DNA from: an uncultured Streptococcus sp.
Lineage (GTDB): Bacteria; Bacillota; Bacilli; Lactobacillales; Streptococcaceae
Assembly: GCF_963511325.1 (NCBI RefSeq)
Contig: NZ_CAUPII010000003.1
Coordinates: 30,678-94,677, forward strand
Direction: 5' to 3'
DNA length: 64,000 bases
Shown in pieces: positions 17,482-28,331 of the stretch. A model generated the notes under the pieces. It was given only the letters and a program-made list of their open reading frames with translations, had not been told where the DNA came from and searched no databases. The translations under genes were made by a program, and so were the position numbers. How positions within the stretch are numbered: the first letter of the stretch is position 1; each line of letters opens with the position of its first letter.

Positions 17482-18179
17482 TATTCACTTGTCCTTTCTT
17501 TAACACTTTTTAAACGAGCAGTAACCACAAATCGTTGATCATTTCCAGTAGCATCACAGGTTGATAAGATTAAAAATCGATCTTTTTGAGGGTCAGTAGC
17601 AATCTGACGATAGAATCCCCCATAGTCTGATGTTCTTATCTGTAATGTTTCTAAATAATATCTGAGGCCTTCTCGACTTCCTAATTTGAATGTATGAAAA
17701 AGATGATCATCTGTATAAGAGTGAGCTGCCATCACCTCATATTCAAAATGTTGAGTCAAGGTGTCAATCGTAATACGTTCATGCTCCTTAAAAAAAGCTG
17801 GCTTCGCAAAATAATCTAAAGACCCAAACATCGAATCATCTAACATAGCATGTCCGTAGATAATCGTGACAGGATCTTCAAATGTTTTTTTGTTAACCAG
17901 CTCTGTAAATATAGCGCCATAATAGGTCTCTTCACCATCTATATCATGAGAAAGGTAATAAGCATCATCCCTTGGATGCTGAGCAACCGGGTAATCTATT
18001 CGAGTCCCTTCAACTGTTAGCCAAGCAAAGACATCTGGATTCTGATGAAACTTCTTCTCAACTGCGTTTTGAGAATGTTGTTCCACAGCCATCTGTTCAA
18101 GGCCATCTAAGACTTTTAAACCTAAAAATAACACCACAATTATTATAATTAGTGATAAACTAAACTTCAAAATTTTCAT
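17481..18179 (-). CDS. srtB: Class B sortase
   Basis: N-terminal TM, AWLTVEGTRIDYPV, YYL, IIYGHAM...SMFGSL, LILSTC and RFVV. The His/Cys/Arg triad is intact. Confidence 0.88.
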   Translation of the reverse strand: MKILKFSLSLIIIIVVLFLGLKVLDGLEQMAVEQHSQNAVEKKFHQNPDVFAWLTVEGTRIDYPVAQHPRDDAYYLSHDIDGEETYYGAIFTELVNKKTFEDPVTIIYGHAMLDDSMFGSLDYFAKPAFFKEHERITIDTLTQHFEYEVMAAHSYTDDHLFHTFKLGSREGLRYYLETLQIRTSDYGGFYRQIATDPQKDRFLILSTCDATGNDQRFVVTARLKSVKERTSE

Positions 18180-18199
18180 GTGCTCGCTCCCATACTATC

Positions 18200-18229
18200 A
18201 TTGTATCAGAAATCTGTATGCTTTGTAAA
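18200..18229 (-). promoter_or_regulatory. Putative sigma-A promoter of the sortase-Rhs operon
   Basis: TTTACA-18 nt-TACAAT with a TG extension, about 20 nt upstream of the sortase ATG. Confidence 0.5.
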
Positions 18230-18654
18230 TCCATTTTTTGTATAAAACGCCTTTTTGTTACAATATTTAGGAATTTTTGTATTCCCCTATTGTAAAATGA
18301 AGCCTAACAGAAAAGATAGGTTCATCTAATATACTAGAATTACAAAACTCTATAATAAACGATGGATATGTTTATTTTTTGTTCTGATCAAAATTATTCA
18401 TACAAACTCTGATTTCAAATTTATGCATCAGAAAGGATTGAAGCTTTTTGAAAGAATTCGTTACATTGACCCACTCAAAAAAAGAAATCCAAAATACTCC
18501 TAGCTATAAATCTGTAAAAATTTATTAAGTTATCTCAATAGACTTTAAAGATACTTAATTAACCATACGGACTAATTTGTCACGCTTGGCTTGACATTGC
18601 AAAAAAATTTCTTTCTCTTTTCAAAAATCCCGACTTGTGATAAGATAGGCTGGT

Positions 18655-19380
18655 ATGCGTTTAGATAAATTATTAGCCCAGGAAAAAATCAGCCGTAAGG
18701 CCATGAAACAAGCTCTTTTGAAAAAAGAAATCTTTGTAGATGGACACGCTGCTCGTTCCCTTGCACAGAATGTTGATACTGGATTACAAGAGCTGATTTT
18801 CAAAGATAAAAAAATCCAAGGATATGAACACACCTACCTCATGCTCCACAAACCTAACGGAGTCGTGACGGCAAGCAAGGATAAAAAACTCCCAACTGTC
18901 ATGGACCTTCTTCCTCAGCATCTCCAGTCTGACCAACTCTACGCCATCGGCCGTCTGGATCGGGATACGACGGGTCTCCTCCTCTTAACGGATAATGGTC
19001 CCCTAGGTTTTCAACTCCTCCATCCTCAGTATCATGTGGATAAAACTTACCAAGTAGAGGTCAATGGGCCACTGACTCCCGACCATATCCAAGAGTTTAA
19101 AGATGGGATTGTTTTTCTTGATGGAACTATTTGTAAACCTGCTCAGCTTGAGATTCTATCTTCAAGCCCTAGTCTCAGCCGAGCCACCATCACCATCTCT
19201 GAAGGGAAATTTCATCAGGTCAAGAAAATGTTCCTCTCAGCCGGTGTCAAGGTCACTGCTCTCAAACGAGTTCAATTTGGAGATTTTATATTGGACCCTG
19301 AACTAGCAGAAGGTGACTTCCGACTTCTAAACTCACAAGAATTGGCAATCATTCGTGACTTTCTTAGAAAAAGTGGTTAA
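18655..19380 (+). CDS. rsuA: RsuA-family 16S rRNA pseudouridine synthase
   Basis: MRLDKLL S4-like N-terminus, GRLDRDTTGLLLLT, EGKFHQVKKM. Confidence 0.9.
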   Translation: MRLDKLLAQEKISRKAMKQALLKKEIFVDGHAARSLAQNVDTGLQELIFKDKKIQGYEHTYLMLHKPNGVVTASKDKKLPTVMDLLPQHLQSDQLYAIGRLDRDTTGLLLLTDNGPLGFQLLHPQYHVDKTYQVEVNGPLTPDHIQEFKDGIVFLDGTICKPAQLEILSSSPSLSRATITISEGKFHQVKKMFLSAGVKVTALKRVQFGDFILDPELAEGDFRLLNSQELAIIRDFLRKSG

Positions 19381-19384
19381 AAAA

Positions 19385-19555
19385 TGAGGTTGGGACAAAA
19401 GATCCCGACCTCACTTTTTATTAGCAATCAAACTTTGACGCGGTTGCTGATTGAACTTTTTGTTCGTCTTTTAGACTCCAAAAAGCTCCTAATCATCCTC
19501 GCGGGGCTGGGACTACGAAATCGAGACTTTGTCTATCGATTTCTGTCCCACCGCC
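19385..19555. repeat. Multi-hairpin intergenic repeat-like element (STAR/SPRITE-like)
   Basis: GAGGTTGGGA..TCCCGACCTC and GGGAC..GAAATCGA..TCGATTTC..GTCCC hairpins between convergent genes. Confidence 0.55.
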
Positions 19556-19560
19556 ATTTC

Positions 19561-19944
19561 TTATTTTTCAACTTTTACTTTCCCTGTCCAAGAATCCAAT
19601 CCGTAAGAGAGGATATAGATTTCTGAGAAACCTTGTTTTTTCAAGAAAAGTGCTGCGTTTGTGACACGTTGCGCACGTTGGTTTTCATAGAGAAGGACAG
19701 GTTTATCCTTGCGAAGAGCTGCAAGACTTGTCTTCAATTGATTTGAAGGAATATTACGAGCTCCGAGGATATGTTTTCTGTGGAAGTCAGCTGGATCACG
19801 CAAGTCAATCAACTGACCTGTACGAATCAAAGACTCAAACTCTGCATTGTCTACAATTTTCGCTGCACGACGAATGCGAAGGTAGTTGTATCCCATCCAA
19901 GCCAACATCGCTACAATAAGTCCCCATAATACCCAAGTTACCAT
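19561..19944 (-). CDS. Rhodanese-like domain membrane protein
   Basis: N-terminal TM and LIDLRDPADFHRKHILGARNIP. Confidence 0.85.
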   Translation of the reverse strand: MVTWVLWGLIVAMLAWMGYNYLRIRRAAKIVDNAEFESLIRTGQLIDLRDPADFHRKHILGARNIPSNQLKTSLAALRKDKPVLLYENQRAQRVTNAALFLKKQGFSEIYILSYGLDSWTGKVKVEK

Positions 19945-19949
19945 ATTAC

Positions 19950-20174
19950 CTAATCTCCATTTTTTTCTAAATAGTCTAATTCTAGTTTGTGCTCTCTGCG
20001 CAGAACAGCCTCCGCTTCAAGATAATCCAGCTTGTCCATCAAGCCTGCATCATAGATTCGAGATAGCTCGATCTTCATCAGTTCAATGTCATAGAGACGT
20101 TTTCCCATGTAGACAATGATACCAAACTGTTTGAGAAATTGTTGCACATCATAGAGTGTTTTCATAGCTTTCAT
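19950..20174 (-). CDS. YqgQ/DUF910 family protein
   Basis: MKTLYDVQQFLKQFGIIVYMGKRLYDIELM. Confidence 0.85.
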   Translation of the reverse strand: MKAMKTLYDVQQFLKQFGIIVYMGKRLYDIELMKIELSRIYDAGLMDKLDYLEAEAVLRREHKLELDYLEKNGD

Positions 20175-20223
20175 TTTAGCAAATAATCAGAGTTTTTTCA
20201 ATAGTTCCCATGGAAGACTATTT

Positions 20224-20691
20224 TTACTGCTTACTAATTTTCTTGATACTCCGATATAGAAGATACCCAGCAATCATTCCAACAAAATTCTGCAACAAAT
20301 TGTGAGGGATATCTGTTAGGGCTGCCCCCAAACCTTTCATCCAAGAAGTCGCACATGCATATCCAGCTACCATAAGAAAAGTTGCCAAAACCAATCCAAG
20401 CCACTGCCATTTTCCTTTAAAACCTGCAAAGTAACCCTGCAAGCCATGGAAAAGCAAGCTGAAAAACATCCAATGAGGATAACCTGAGATTAGGTCAATA
20501 ATGAAACCTCCTAGACCTCCGACAATAGCTCCTTCCCGTTTTCCATAATAAAAAGCAGTAAAGAAAATACCAGCATCTAGTAGAGTTAAGATTCCTGTTT
20601 GGGTTGGGATTTTGACAATATAACCTAAAACTACCGATAGGGCAGTTAGTATTGATAATAGGGCGATTTTACTTGTTTTGGTTTGCTTCAT
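20224..20691 (-). CDS. ECF transporter S component (pyridoxine/HMP-type)
   Basis: Hydrophobic ECF S-like sequence (LTLLDAGIF...GGFIIDLISGYP), coupled to pdxK. Confidence 0.8.
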   Translation of the reverse strand: MKQTKTSKIALLSILTALSVVLGYIVKIPTQTGILTLLDAGIFFTAFYYGKREGAIVGGLGGFIIDLISGYPHWMFFSLLFHGLQGYFAGFKGKWQWLGLVLATFLMVAGYACATSWMKGLGAALTDIPHNLLQNFVGMIAGYLLYRSIKKISKQ

Positions 20692-21442
20692 ACTGTCTCA
20701 CTCCATATTGATCTGCTTGTGCAATGGCACGGTAAACAAAGGCTTTGGAAGTTTCAATTGCTGGTAATAGTTCCTCTCCCTTGACTAACTGACTAGCAAT
20801 ACTTGATGCAAAGGTACATCCTGCACCAGCATTTTGTCCTTGGATAACTGGATTTTCAAGAATCGTGAAATTCTCCCCATCATAAAAGACATCCACAGCC
20901 TTATCCTGACTGAGGCGATTTCCACCCTTGATAATCACTGCTGGTGCACCCAAGTCATGTAATTTCTGCGCTGCAGCCTTCATATCTTCCAGACTTTCAA
21001 TCTTTTGGCCTGCAAGCAACTCTGCCTCAGGAAGATTCGGAGTAATCACTGATACATAAGGGAAAAAGCGAATCAACTCTTGACAGAGCTCACTGACTGC
21101 AACGTCGTGCGTTTCCTTACAAACCAATACAGGGTCCAAGACTACTGGAACTCCTAATCTTTCCTTAATGAAATTCAATGCTTTTTCAGCAACACCGACT
21201 GTCGGCAAGAGACCAATCTTAATCCCTCCAAAGTCTACACTTTTCAGGCTATCCAACTGTTGTTGGAAAATAGTCTCATCCGTCGGAAAGACTTCAAAAC
21301 CATTTTCTGTCAAAGCAGTCAAGCAGGTCATGGCTACAAATCCATGCAAACCATTCAAAGTATAGGTGGCAAGGTCAGCAGCCAGTCCACCTCCACTAAA
21401 AATATCATTTCCTGAAAGTGCTAAAATACGATTATTCTTCAT
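20669..21442 (-). CDS. pdxK: Pyridoxal/HMP kinase (ThiD-like)
   Basis: [24 protein letters not shown] and GAGCTFAS motifs. Confidence 0.85.
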   Translation of the reverse strand: MKNNRILALSGNDIFSGGGLAADLATYTLNGLHGFVAMTCLTALTENGFEVFPTDETIFQQQLDSLKSVDFGGIKIGLLPTVGVAEKALNFIKERLGVPVVLDPVLVCKETHDVAVSELCQELIRFFPYVSVITPNLPEAELLAGQKIESLEDMKAAAQKLHDLGAPAVIIKGGNRLSQDKAVDVFYDGENFTILENPVIQGQNAGAGCTFASSIASQLVKGEELLPAIETSKAFVYRAIAQADQYGVRQYEANQNK

Positions 21443-22181
21443 AACGAATCTCCTTCAAATACAAACCATTAGGCGCTGCAGTTGGACCTGCCAACTGTCT
21501 GTCTTTTTTCTCCAAGATGAGGTCAATCTGTTCAATCGGCATACGGTTGTTACCAATTTTCAGCAGGGTTCCGACCATATTTCGAATCTGCTTATAGAGG
21601 AAACCATTGCCTGAGAAGGTAAAGGTCAAAAACTGCCCTGTTTTATCAACCCTAAGACTAGCTTCTGTAATCGTCCTAACCTTGTCCTCCACGCTAGTTC
21701 CTGATGCTGTAAAACCAGTAAAGTCATGCGTTCCTTCCAGTTTTTTTACAGCAAGCTGCATCCGCTCCACATCGAGTGGATAGGGATAATGAGTCGCATA
21801 ATGGCGACGCATAGGATTTTTAGGACGTCCTCTATCCACGATAAACTCGTAGGTCTTGCTATGCTTGGCATAACGGCAATGAAAATCATCGGCCACAATC
21901 TCAATCGAAATCACATCGATATCTTCAGGGCTTTGGGTATCGAGAGCAAAGCGAAGTTTCTCCTCATCCATCTGATAGGGAAGATCAAAGTGGATGACCT
22001 GTCCTAAAGCATGAACGCCACTGTCCGTTCGCCCAGCGCCATGAATGGTAATAGCTTGTCCTTTATTTAATTTGGTTAAAGTTTTTTCAATTTCCTCCTG
22101 AACACTACGCGCATGAGGTTGCCGCTGAAAACCAGCAAAAGCGTAGCCATCATAGGAAATGATTGCTTTATATCTAGTCAT
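21432..22181 (-). CDS. truA: tRNA pseudouridine(38-40) synthase
   Basis: [23 protein letters not shown] and [10 protein letters not shown]. Confidence 0.95.
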   Translation of the reverse strand: MTRYKAIISYDGYAFAGFQRQPHARSVQEEIEKTLTKLNKGQAITIHGAGRTDSGVHALGQVIHFDLPYQMDEEKLRFALDTQSPEDIDVISIEIVADDFHCRYAKHSKTYEFIVDRGRPKNPMRRHYATHYPYPLDVERMQLAVKKLEGTHDFTGFTASGTSVEDKVRTITEASLRVDKTGQFLTFTFSGNGFLYKQIRNMVGTLLKIGNNRMPIEQIDLILEKKDRQLAGPTAAPNGLYLKEIRYEE

Positions 22182-22266
22182 GTATCTATTTTATCAAGAA
22201 AATTTCTCTGCAACAAGTTTGAAAACCAAAAATTGTACGGGTACAGTTCTTGGTATCATCTAGTCC

Positions 22267-22725
22267 CTACCTAGATTTTCTCATTATGTATTTTCGTTCT
22301 GGAACTTCAATGGTTTGAACAATTTCAAATCCCTCTTTTTGGTAGAGGTCTCTAGCTATTTGATTTGACTCAAAAACCGTTAGGGAAATACTTTCTATTT
22401 CTTCATTTTCAAACATTTCTTGAAGAAAGTATTGAAAAGCTTTTCTACCTAATCCTTTCCCCTGCTTATGTGGAGCTATGAGAAATCTTCCAATATGAAG
22501 ATTTTTATCTTCTAGTTTGATTTTCTGGATGATGCCTACAAACTCTTCTCCAACAAAAATGGAAAAAATCCCTTCCATCTTTTGCAAAGATTGGGCAATC
22601 AAGGGATAAAAAATCTTTGGTCCCATCCATTGTTTCTGAAAACTTTCTCCCAAAGCATTAGACCACTGACAAATGAGTTGGGCATTTTCTAACTGAAGTC
22701 CTTTTTCAAAGTGAATTTTCATATT
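22267..22725 (-). CDS. GNAT family N-acetyltransferase
   Basis: IGRFLIAPHKQGKGLG and N..ARDLYQKEGF. ATG start MKIHFE chosen. Confidence 0.8.
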   Translation of the reverse strand, partial: NMKIHFEKGLQLENAQLICQWSNALGESFQKQWMGPKIFYPLIAQSLQKMEGIFSIFVGEEFVGIIQKIKLEDKNLHIGRFLIAPHKQGKGLGRKAFQYFLQEMFENEEIESISLTVFESNQIARDLYQKEGFEIVQTIEVPERKYIMRKSR

Positions 22726-22777
22726 TGTTCCTAAAACTTCTCCTACATCCAACTATTATACTCTTTCTCTTATTTTT

Positions 22778-22785
22778 TCCGAATA
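22778..22785 (+). promoter_or_regulatory. ComX (cin-box) promoter variant TCCGAATA
   Basis: One mismatch to TACGAATA, preceded by a T-rich tract, upstream of the prepilin peptidase. Confidence 0.65.
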
Positions 22786-22792
22786 AATAAGT

Positions 22793-23452
22793 ATGATCCA
22801 TCTTTACTTTTTTCTTGTTGGAACGATTCTTGCTTCCTTTCTAGGCTTAGTCATCGATCGCTTCCCTGAACAATCCATCGTATTTCCTGCAAGTCACTGT
22901 GATTCTTGTCAGACTCGCTTGAGAACACTAGATTTGATTCCAATTGTTTCTCAAGTAATTGGGCGCTTTCGCTGTCGCTACTGTAACTCAAGCTATCCCT
23001 TTTGGTATGCTCTCTTTGAGTTTGGATTGGGGCTTCTCTTTCTAGCTTTCTCCTGGGAATTTCTAACCTTAGGACAACTTATTCTGATAACTGCTGGCTT
23101 GACCTTAGGAATCTATGATCTCCAGCATCAAGAATATCCCTTGCTAGTCTGGCTGATTTTTCACTTAATCCTCATGGTTTGCTGTGGTTGGAATCTAGTT
23201 ATGATTTTCTTTCTTATACTGGGAATTTTGGCTCAGCTTATAGATTTCCGTATTGGTGCCGGTGATTTCCTCTTTCTGGCTTCTTGTGCACTTATTTTTA
23301 GTCTAACTGAAATGCTGATTTTGATACAGTTCGCTTCTACAACTGGCATTCTAGCCTTTCTCCTACTAAAGAAAAAGGAAAGGCTTCCTTTTGTGCCCTT
23401 CCTCTTGCTTGCTGCTTGCATGATTATTTTTGGTAAGCTACTGCTTGTCTGA
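22793..23452 (+). CDS. cclA: Prepilin peptidase (competence; CclA/CilC/PilD)
   Basis: SHCDSC...RCRYC Zn motifs, YD, GAGD and LPFVPFL. Confidence 0.88.
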   Translation: MIHLYFFLVGTILASFLGLVIDRFPEQSIVFPASHCDSCQTRLRTLDLIPIVSQVIGRFRCRYCNSSYPFWYALFEFGLGLLFLAFSWEFLTLGQLILITAGLTLGIYDLQHQEYPLLVWLIFHLILMVCCGWNLVMIFFLILGILAQLIDFRIGAGDFLFLASCALIFSLTEMLILIQFASTTGILAFLLLKKKERLPFVPFLLLAACMIIFGKLLLV

Positions 23453-24206
23453 TAAAGTCAGCGATTTCTGCTACTTGTCCTCCATGTAGAGCCTTAACAA
23501 TCTTGGAACCGACGATAACGCCATCTGATACTGCATTAAAGCGTTCTACATCAGCTTGTGTGGATACACCAAAACCGGTCAAGACTGGAATGTCAGCCAC
23601 TTGATGCAGTTGAGCCAAGTGCTTGTCCAAGTCATCTCGGTAATTTCCTGCTTTCCCTGTCACCCCGTTAATGGCAACAGCATAAACAAAACCTTCTGCC
23701 CCTTCAATGAGTTCTTTTTGACGCTCCATTCCTGTCGTCAAGCTGACAAGTGGAATCAAAGCAATGTCTGTATTCACCAAAAAGGGCTCTACAAAGTTAG
23801 CATGCTCATGAGGCAGGTCTGGAATAATCAATCCCTTAACCGCTGTATCAGAAAGGTCTTTGACAAATTTCTCAATACCGTACTGAAAGAGGGGGTTAAA
23901 GTAGGTCATGATAACAAGTGGAACTTCTGTTTCAATAGTCTTCAAAGTTTCAACTAAAGCCTGGGTAGAGGTTCCGCGAGCTAGACTGCTCAAGCCTGCT
24001 TCTTCGATAACTGGACCGTCTGCAACAGGGTCTGAAAAGGGAACTCCTATCTCAATGGTAGACACACCCAAGTCTTCTAAAAAGTGGATTGTTTCAGCAA
24101 GACCATCTAATCCTTTTTCGTGGTCTCCAGCCATGATATAGGGAACAAAAATTCCCTTTCCTGCTGCTTTAATTGCATTCAATTTTTCTGTTAGTGTCTT
24201 AGGCAT
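23424..24206 (-). CDS. trpA: Tryptophan synthase alpha chain
   Basis: [17 protein letters not shown] and GVTG. Confidence 0.96.
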   Translation of the reverse strand: MPKTLTEKLNAIKAAGKGIFVPYIMAGDHEKGLDGLAETIHFLEDLGVSTIEIGVPFSDPVADGPVIEEAGLSSLARGTSTQALVETLKTIETEVPLVIMTYFNPLFQYGIEKFVKDLSDTAVKGLIIPDLPHEHANFVEPFLVNTDIALIPLVSLTTGMERQKELIEGAEGFVYAVAINGVTGKAGNYRDDLDKHLAQLHQVADIPVLTGFGVSTQADVERFNAVSDGVIVGSKIVKALHGGQVAEIADFIRQAVAYQK

Positions 24207-25422
24207 GAGCTTCTCCCTTCTTTGCTGCGTCTGCTTCCAAGCGGTCTTTAACTTGAACTACATCCTTGTCTCCGCGACCTGATAGACAGACAATCATAGA
24301 CTTGTCTGGACCAAGTTCTTTGGCTAATTTCACCGCAAAGGCGATAGCGTGACTAGACTCCAAGGCAGGGATAATCCCTTCCACACGAGACAAGAGTTGG
24401 AATCCTTCCAAGGCCTCTTCATCTGTCACAGGAACATAGGTCGCACGCTTGATATCGTGGTAATGAGAATGTTCTGGACCGATACCTGGGTAGTCCAAAC
24501 CTGCTGAGATAGAGAAGGCTTCTAAGATTTGTCCATGGGCATCTTGGAGAACATCCATGAGAGAACCGTGAAGAACTCCTGGGCGACCCTTGGTCAAGGT
24601 AGCTGCGTGATGCTCTGTATCCACACCAAGTCCTGCCGCTTCAGCTCCATACATAGCTACAGATTCATCTTCCACAAATGGATGGAAGAGACCGATAGCA
24701 TTAGAACCACCACCTACACAGGCTACTAGGGCATCTGGCAAATCTTGCCCTGTCAAGTCACGGTACTGTTGTTTTGCTTCTCGACCGATAACACTTTGGA
24801 AATCACGCACAATTTCTGGAAAAGGATGAGGCCCCAAGGCAGAACCAAGGATATAGTGGGTATCATCGATGTTGGCTACCCATGAACGAAGGGCTGCATT
24901 GACCGCGTCTTTAAGCACGCGCGAGCCATCTGTTACAGCTTCCACCTTGGCTCCCAAAAGTTCCATACGAAAGACATTGAGGGCTTGGCGTTTAACATCT
25001 TCCTCACCCATATAGATAGTACATTCCATGTTGAAAAGGGCTGCAGCTGTTGCAGTTGCTACACCGTGCTGACCGGCACCAGTTTCAGCGATAATTTTCT
25101 TTTTGCCCATGCGTTTAGCAAGAAGAACTTGGCCCAAGGCATTATTAATCTTGTGGGCACCTGTATGGTTGAGGTCTTCACGTTTGAGGTAAATCTTGGC
25201 TCCTCCAATATGCTGGGTCAAGTTTTTTGCGTAGTAAAGAGGTGTTTCACGTCCTACATACTGGCGCAAAAGTTGGTTTAACTCTTCTTGGAAACTTGGA
25301 TCTGCCTGACTTTCACGATAAGCTTCTTCCAACTCCAATACTGCTGTCATCAATGTTTCTGGAACAAAACGTCCACCGAATTTCCCGTAAAATCCATCTT
25401 TATTTGGTTCTTGATATGCCAT
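24199..25422 (-). CDS. trpB: Tryptophan synthase beta chain
   Basis: [24 protein letters not shown] and [10 protein letters not shown]. Confidence 0.97.
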   Translation of the reverse strand: MAYQEPNKDGFYGKFGGRFVPETLMTAVLELEEAYRESQADPSFQEELNQLLRQYVGRETPLYYAKNLTQHIGGAKIYLKREDLNHTGAHKINNALGQVLLAKRMGKKKIIAETGAGQHGVATATAAALFNMECTIYMGEEDVKRQALNVFRMELLGAKVEAVTDGSRVLKDAVNAALRSWVANIDDTHYILGSALGPHPFPEIVRDFQSVIGREAKQQYRDLTGQDLPDALVACVGGGSNAIGLFHPFVEDESVAMYGAEAAGLGVDTEHHAATLTKGRPGVLHGSLMDVLQDAHGQILEAFSISAGLDYPGIGPEHSHYHDIKRATYVPVTDEEALEGFQLLSRVEGIIPALESSHAIAFAVKLAKELGPDKSMIVCLSGRGDKDVVQVKDRLEADAAKKGEAHA

Positions 25423-25999
25423 GTTTTACCCTCTCTATAAATCTTCTTATCTTTTCATGATCTTTTTGTCCGTCTGTCTCTACCCCACTTGATACATCTA
25501 CTGCAAAGGGGGTAAAGTGTTGAATAGCTTCTTCTACATTATCCTCATTGAGCCCACCTGCGATGAAGAAAGGCTGAGATAATTCTGTCGTATCCAGTTG
25601 CCCCCAGTCAAAGGTCTGACCACTTCCTGCCACAGGTGCATCAAAGAGGAGATAATTTGCCTGAGAACTTGGCACGTGACCATCTCCATCCACCTGTACA
25701 GCCTGAATGCTGGCACAAGGTAGACTCTCAAATAGATCATCTGCCACCTGACCATGAATCTGTACCAAATCCAAGTCAACCTTTTCAATCGCATCTAGTA
25801 ATTCTTCCCGACTTGGTGAAACAAACACGCCAACCTTTTTTACATTTGTAGGAATGATCTTAGCTAGCTCTGCTGCTTGTTCCAAGGTCACTTGTCTTTT
25901 ACTAGGAGCAAAGACAAAACCAATGTAGTCTGATCCAGCCGACATAGCTGCCTCTACTGCTCCTTTGGTCGATAGTCCACAAATCTTAACCTTTGTCAA
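25400..25999 (-). CDS. trpF: Phosphoribosylanthranilate isomerase
   Basis: TKVKICGL and VDVSSGVE. True start is likely TTG at 25999, overlapping the trpC end. Confidence 0.92.
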   Translation of the reverse strand: MTKVKICGLSTKGAVEAAMSAGSDYIGFVFAPSKRQVTLEQAAELAKIIPTNVKKVGVFVSPSREELLDAIEKVDLDLVQIHGQVADDLFESLPCASIQAVQVDGDGHVPSSQANYLLFDAPVAGSGQTFDWGQLDTTELSQPFFIAGGLNEDNVEEAIQHFTPFAVDVSSGVETDGQKDHEKIRRFIERVKHGISRTK

Positions 26000-26753
26000 T
26001 CTGCAACTCCTTGATTCTCTGGGCGACATCTTCTGCTTGCATGAGGGCTGTTCCCACCAAAATTCCGTTAAAGTATGGTGCAACTCGTTTCGCATCCTCT
26101 CCTGTAAAAATGGCAGATTCAGAAATATACAGGCAATCGTCCTTGAAGTGTTTGGCCAAGTCTACGCTGGTCTGCAAGTCAACTTCAAAGGTAGTCAAAT
26201 TGCGATTGTTCACACCGATAATTTGAGCTCCTAGACGGTGGGCTACTTCTAGTTCAGCTAAATTATGAGTTTCCACCAACACTTCTAGACCAAGCTCTGT
26301 CGCGTAGTCGTAAAGTTCCTTGAGGCGTTCTTCTGACAAGGCAGCGACAATGAGCAAGATGACTGTCGCACCTGCATTGCGAGCGCGGATGATTTGCTTT
26401 TCATCGATGATAAAGTCCTTGTTCAGCGTCGGAATCTGTACCTGACTGGAAATCTCACGAAGATAATCCAAATGACCCTTGAAGAAAACTTCGTCTGTCA
26501 GAACAGAAATCATAACCGCGCCATTCGCTTCATAAGTCTGAGCCTGTTGCACAATATCCACATCCAGATTGATATCTCCCATACTTGGACTCGCCTTCTT
26601 GACCTCCGCAATGATTTGCAAACGGTCCTGATGGTTTTTCAAATATTCAGCTAAGCGATAGGTCTGGCGCAGGGGCTGGATTTCCTCCAGCTCCATCTGC
26701 TCAACTTCACGCGCCTTCTGCTCTAAGATACGTGACAAAAATTCCTGACTCAT
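25986..26753 (-). CDS. trpC: Indole-3-glycerol phosphate synthase
   Basis: [22 protein letters not shown] and GVNNRNL. Confidence 0.96.
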   Translation of the reverse strand: MSQEFLSRILEQKAREVEQMELEEIQPLRQTYRLAEYLKNHQDRLQIIAEVKKASPSMGDINLDVDIVQQAQTYEANGAVMISVLTDEVFFKGHLDYLREISSQVQIPTLNKDFIIDEKQIIRARNAGATVILLIVAALSEERLKELYDYATELGLEVLVETHNLAELEVAHRLGAQIIGVNNRNLTTFEVDLQTSVDLAKHFKDDCLYISESAIFTGEDAKRVAPYFNGILVGTALMQAEDVAQRIKELQIDKG

Positions 26754-27754
26754 TTTTGGTACTCCTGTAATAGTCTGAGTTTTTCAAGGGCCTTACCACT
26801 GGCAATTACTTGACGTGCCATTTCAACTCCATCTTTGATAGTATCTGCCTTGCCATTGGCATAGAAACCAAGCCCAGCATTTAAGACTGTTGTTTCCAAG
26901 AATGGACTTGGTTCGTTATTAAGAACACTGACAAGGATGGCTGCATTCTCATGAGCATTTCCCCCACGAATGTCTTCAATAGCAATCCGTTCCATTCCCA
27001 AATCTTCTGGAGAAAAGGTTGATAAAGTAATTTCGCCATTTTCAAGAAGGGCAATGCTGGTAGTTCCATTCAAACCAGCTTCATCCAACCCTTCTGGACC
27101 AGCTACTACAATGGCACGTTTGCGACCCATGTTTTTCAAAACCTGAGCAGTACTTTCCAGAAGTTCAGGACGACTGATTCCTAGAAGCTGTGTTTCCAAA
27201 ATCATTGGATGGATGAGTGGTCCTGTCAAATTCATGATAGTTGGAATTCCCAACTCCAAGCGAGCTGGCATAATGTATTTCATAGCTGGGTGCATGTTTT
27301 TGGCAAAGAGAAAGACGATTCCTGTTTGGTCAAATACCTTACCCAATTGTGCTGGTTTGAGGTCAATATTGATTCCCAAAGCTTGCAAGACATCTGCTGA
27401 CCCAGATTTAGAAGAAATAGAGCGATTTCCATGTTTAGCCATGTGGATGCCACCACCTGCCAAGACAAAGGCTGCAGTTGTAGAAATGTTGAAGCTAAAT
27501 GACTTATCTCCACCTGTACCACAGTTATCCATAGCATCTTGAATGTTTGTTGGAATGTGTTGAGCATGTCCTCTCATAACTTGAGCGAGGGCTGTTCTTT
27601 CCTCAGGTGTTTCTCCCTTCATCTTAAGGGCTAATAGTAGTGAAGCGATTTGTGCTTCTGTCACTCGCCCTGTTACGATGCGTTCGATCACATCTGTCAT
27701 TTCAACACTTGATAAATCTTCAAAGTTCGCTAATTTTTCAATAATTTCTTTCAT
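26750..27754 (-). CDS. trpD: Anthranilate phosphoribosyltransferase
   Basis: DNCGTGGD and [16 protein letters not shown]. Confidence 0.96.
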   Translation of the reverse strand: MKEIIEKLANFEDLSSVEMTDVIERIVTGRVTEAQIASLLLALKMKGETPEERTALAQVMRGHAQHIPTNIQDAMDNCGTGGDKSFSFNISTTAAFVLAGGGIHMAKHGNRSISSKSGSADVLQALGINIDLKPAQLGKVFDQTGIVFLFAKNMHPAMKYIMPARLELGIPTIMNLTGPLIHPMILETQLLGISRPELLESTAQVLKNMGRKRAIVVAGPEGLDEAGLNGTTSIALLENGEITLSTFSPEDLGMERIAIEDIRGGNAHENAAILVSVLNNEPSPFLETTVLNAGLGFYANGKADTIKDGVEMARQVIASGKALEKLRLLQEYQK

Positions 27755-27764
27755 TTTGTCTTCC

Positions 27765-28331
27765 TCACTTTACAACTTTCTCGATAAAATTCTGAATAGA
27801 AGATAGGCCATCTGGCGTTCCAATACTTTCTGGATGATACTGCAAGCCATAAATCGGCAAGGTTTTGTGTTGAATCCCCATAATGGCTTGGTCATCTGTC
27901 GAACGAGCTGTCACTTCAAACTCTTCTGGCATCTCTTCAATTAAAATACTGTGGTAACGCATGACTGGACGATTATCCTCGATTCCTTGATAGAGAACGG
28001 ATGGAGTCTCAAATCGAATCTGACTCTGCTTGCCATGCATGACTTTTGGAGCCAAGCCCAACTTGCCACCAAAGACTTCTGCGATGGCTTGGTGCCCCAA
28101 ACAAATCCCTAGAATCGGTTTCTTACCTGCAAAATCACGAATCACTTCTTCCATCTTCCCAGCATCAGCTGGCCAACCTGGACCGGGAGAAAAGACCAGC
28201 CCATCTGCCTTTGTAGCTTCTTCATAAAGGTTTGGATCATCATTTCTCAAAACCTGAACTTCTGCGAAATTCCCAATATATTGAGCCAAGTTATAGGTAA
28301 ATGAATCATAATTATCAATCAATAAAATCAT
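27765..28331 (-). CDS. trpG: Anthranilate synthase component II
   Basis: [23 protein letters not shown] and QYHPES. Confidence 0.95.
   Translation of the reverse strand: MILLIDNYDSFTYNLAQYIGNFAEVQVLRNDDPNLYEEATKADGLVFSPGPGWPADAGKMEEVIRDFAGKKPILGICLGHQAIAEVFGGKLGLAPKVMHGKQSQIRFETPSVLYQGIEDNRPVMRYHSILIEEMPEEFEVTARSTDDQAIMGIQHKTLPIYGLQYHPESIGTPDGLSSIQNFIEKVVK

Noticed and set aside
25400..26095. 231-aa TrpF as given in the ORF track
   Set aside because: The N-terminal extension overlaps trpC out of frame; homology begins at TTG 25999.
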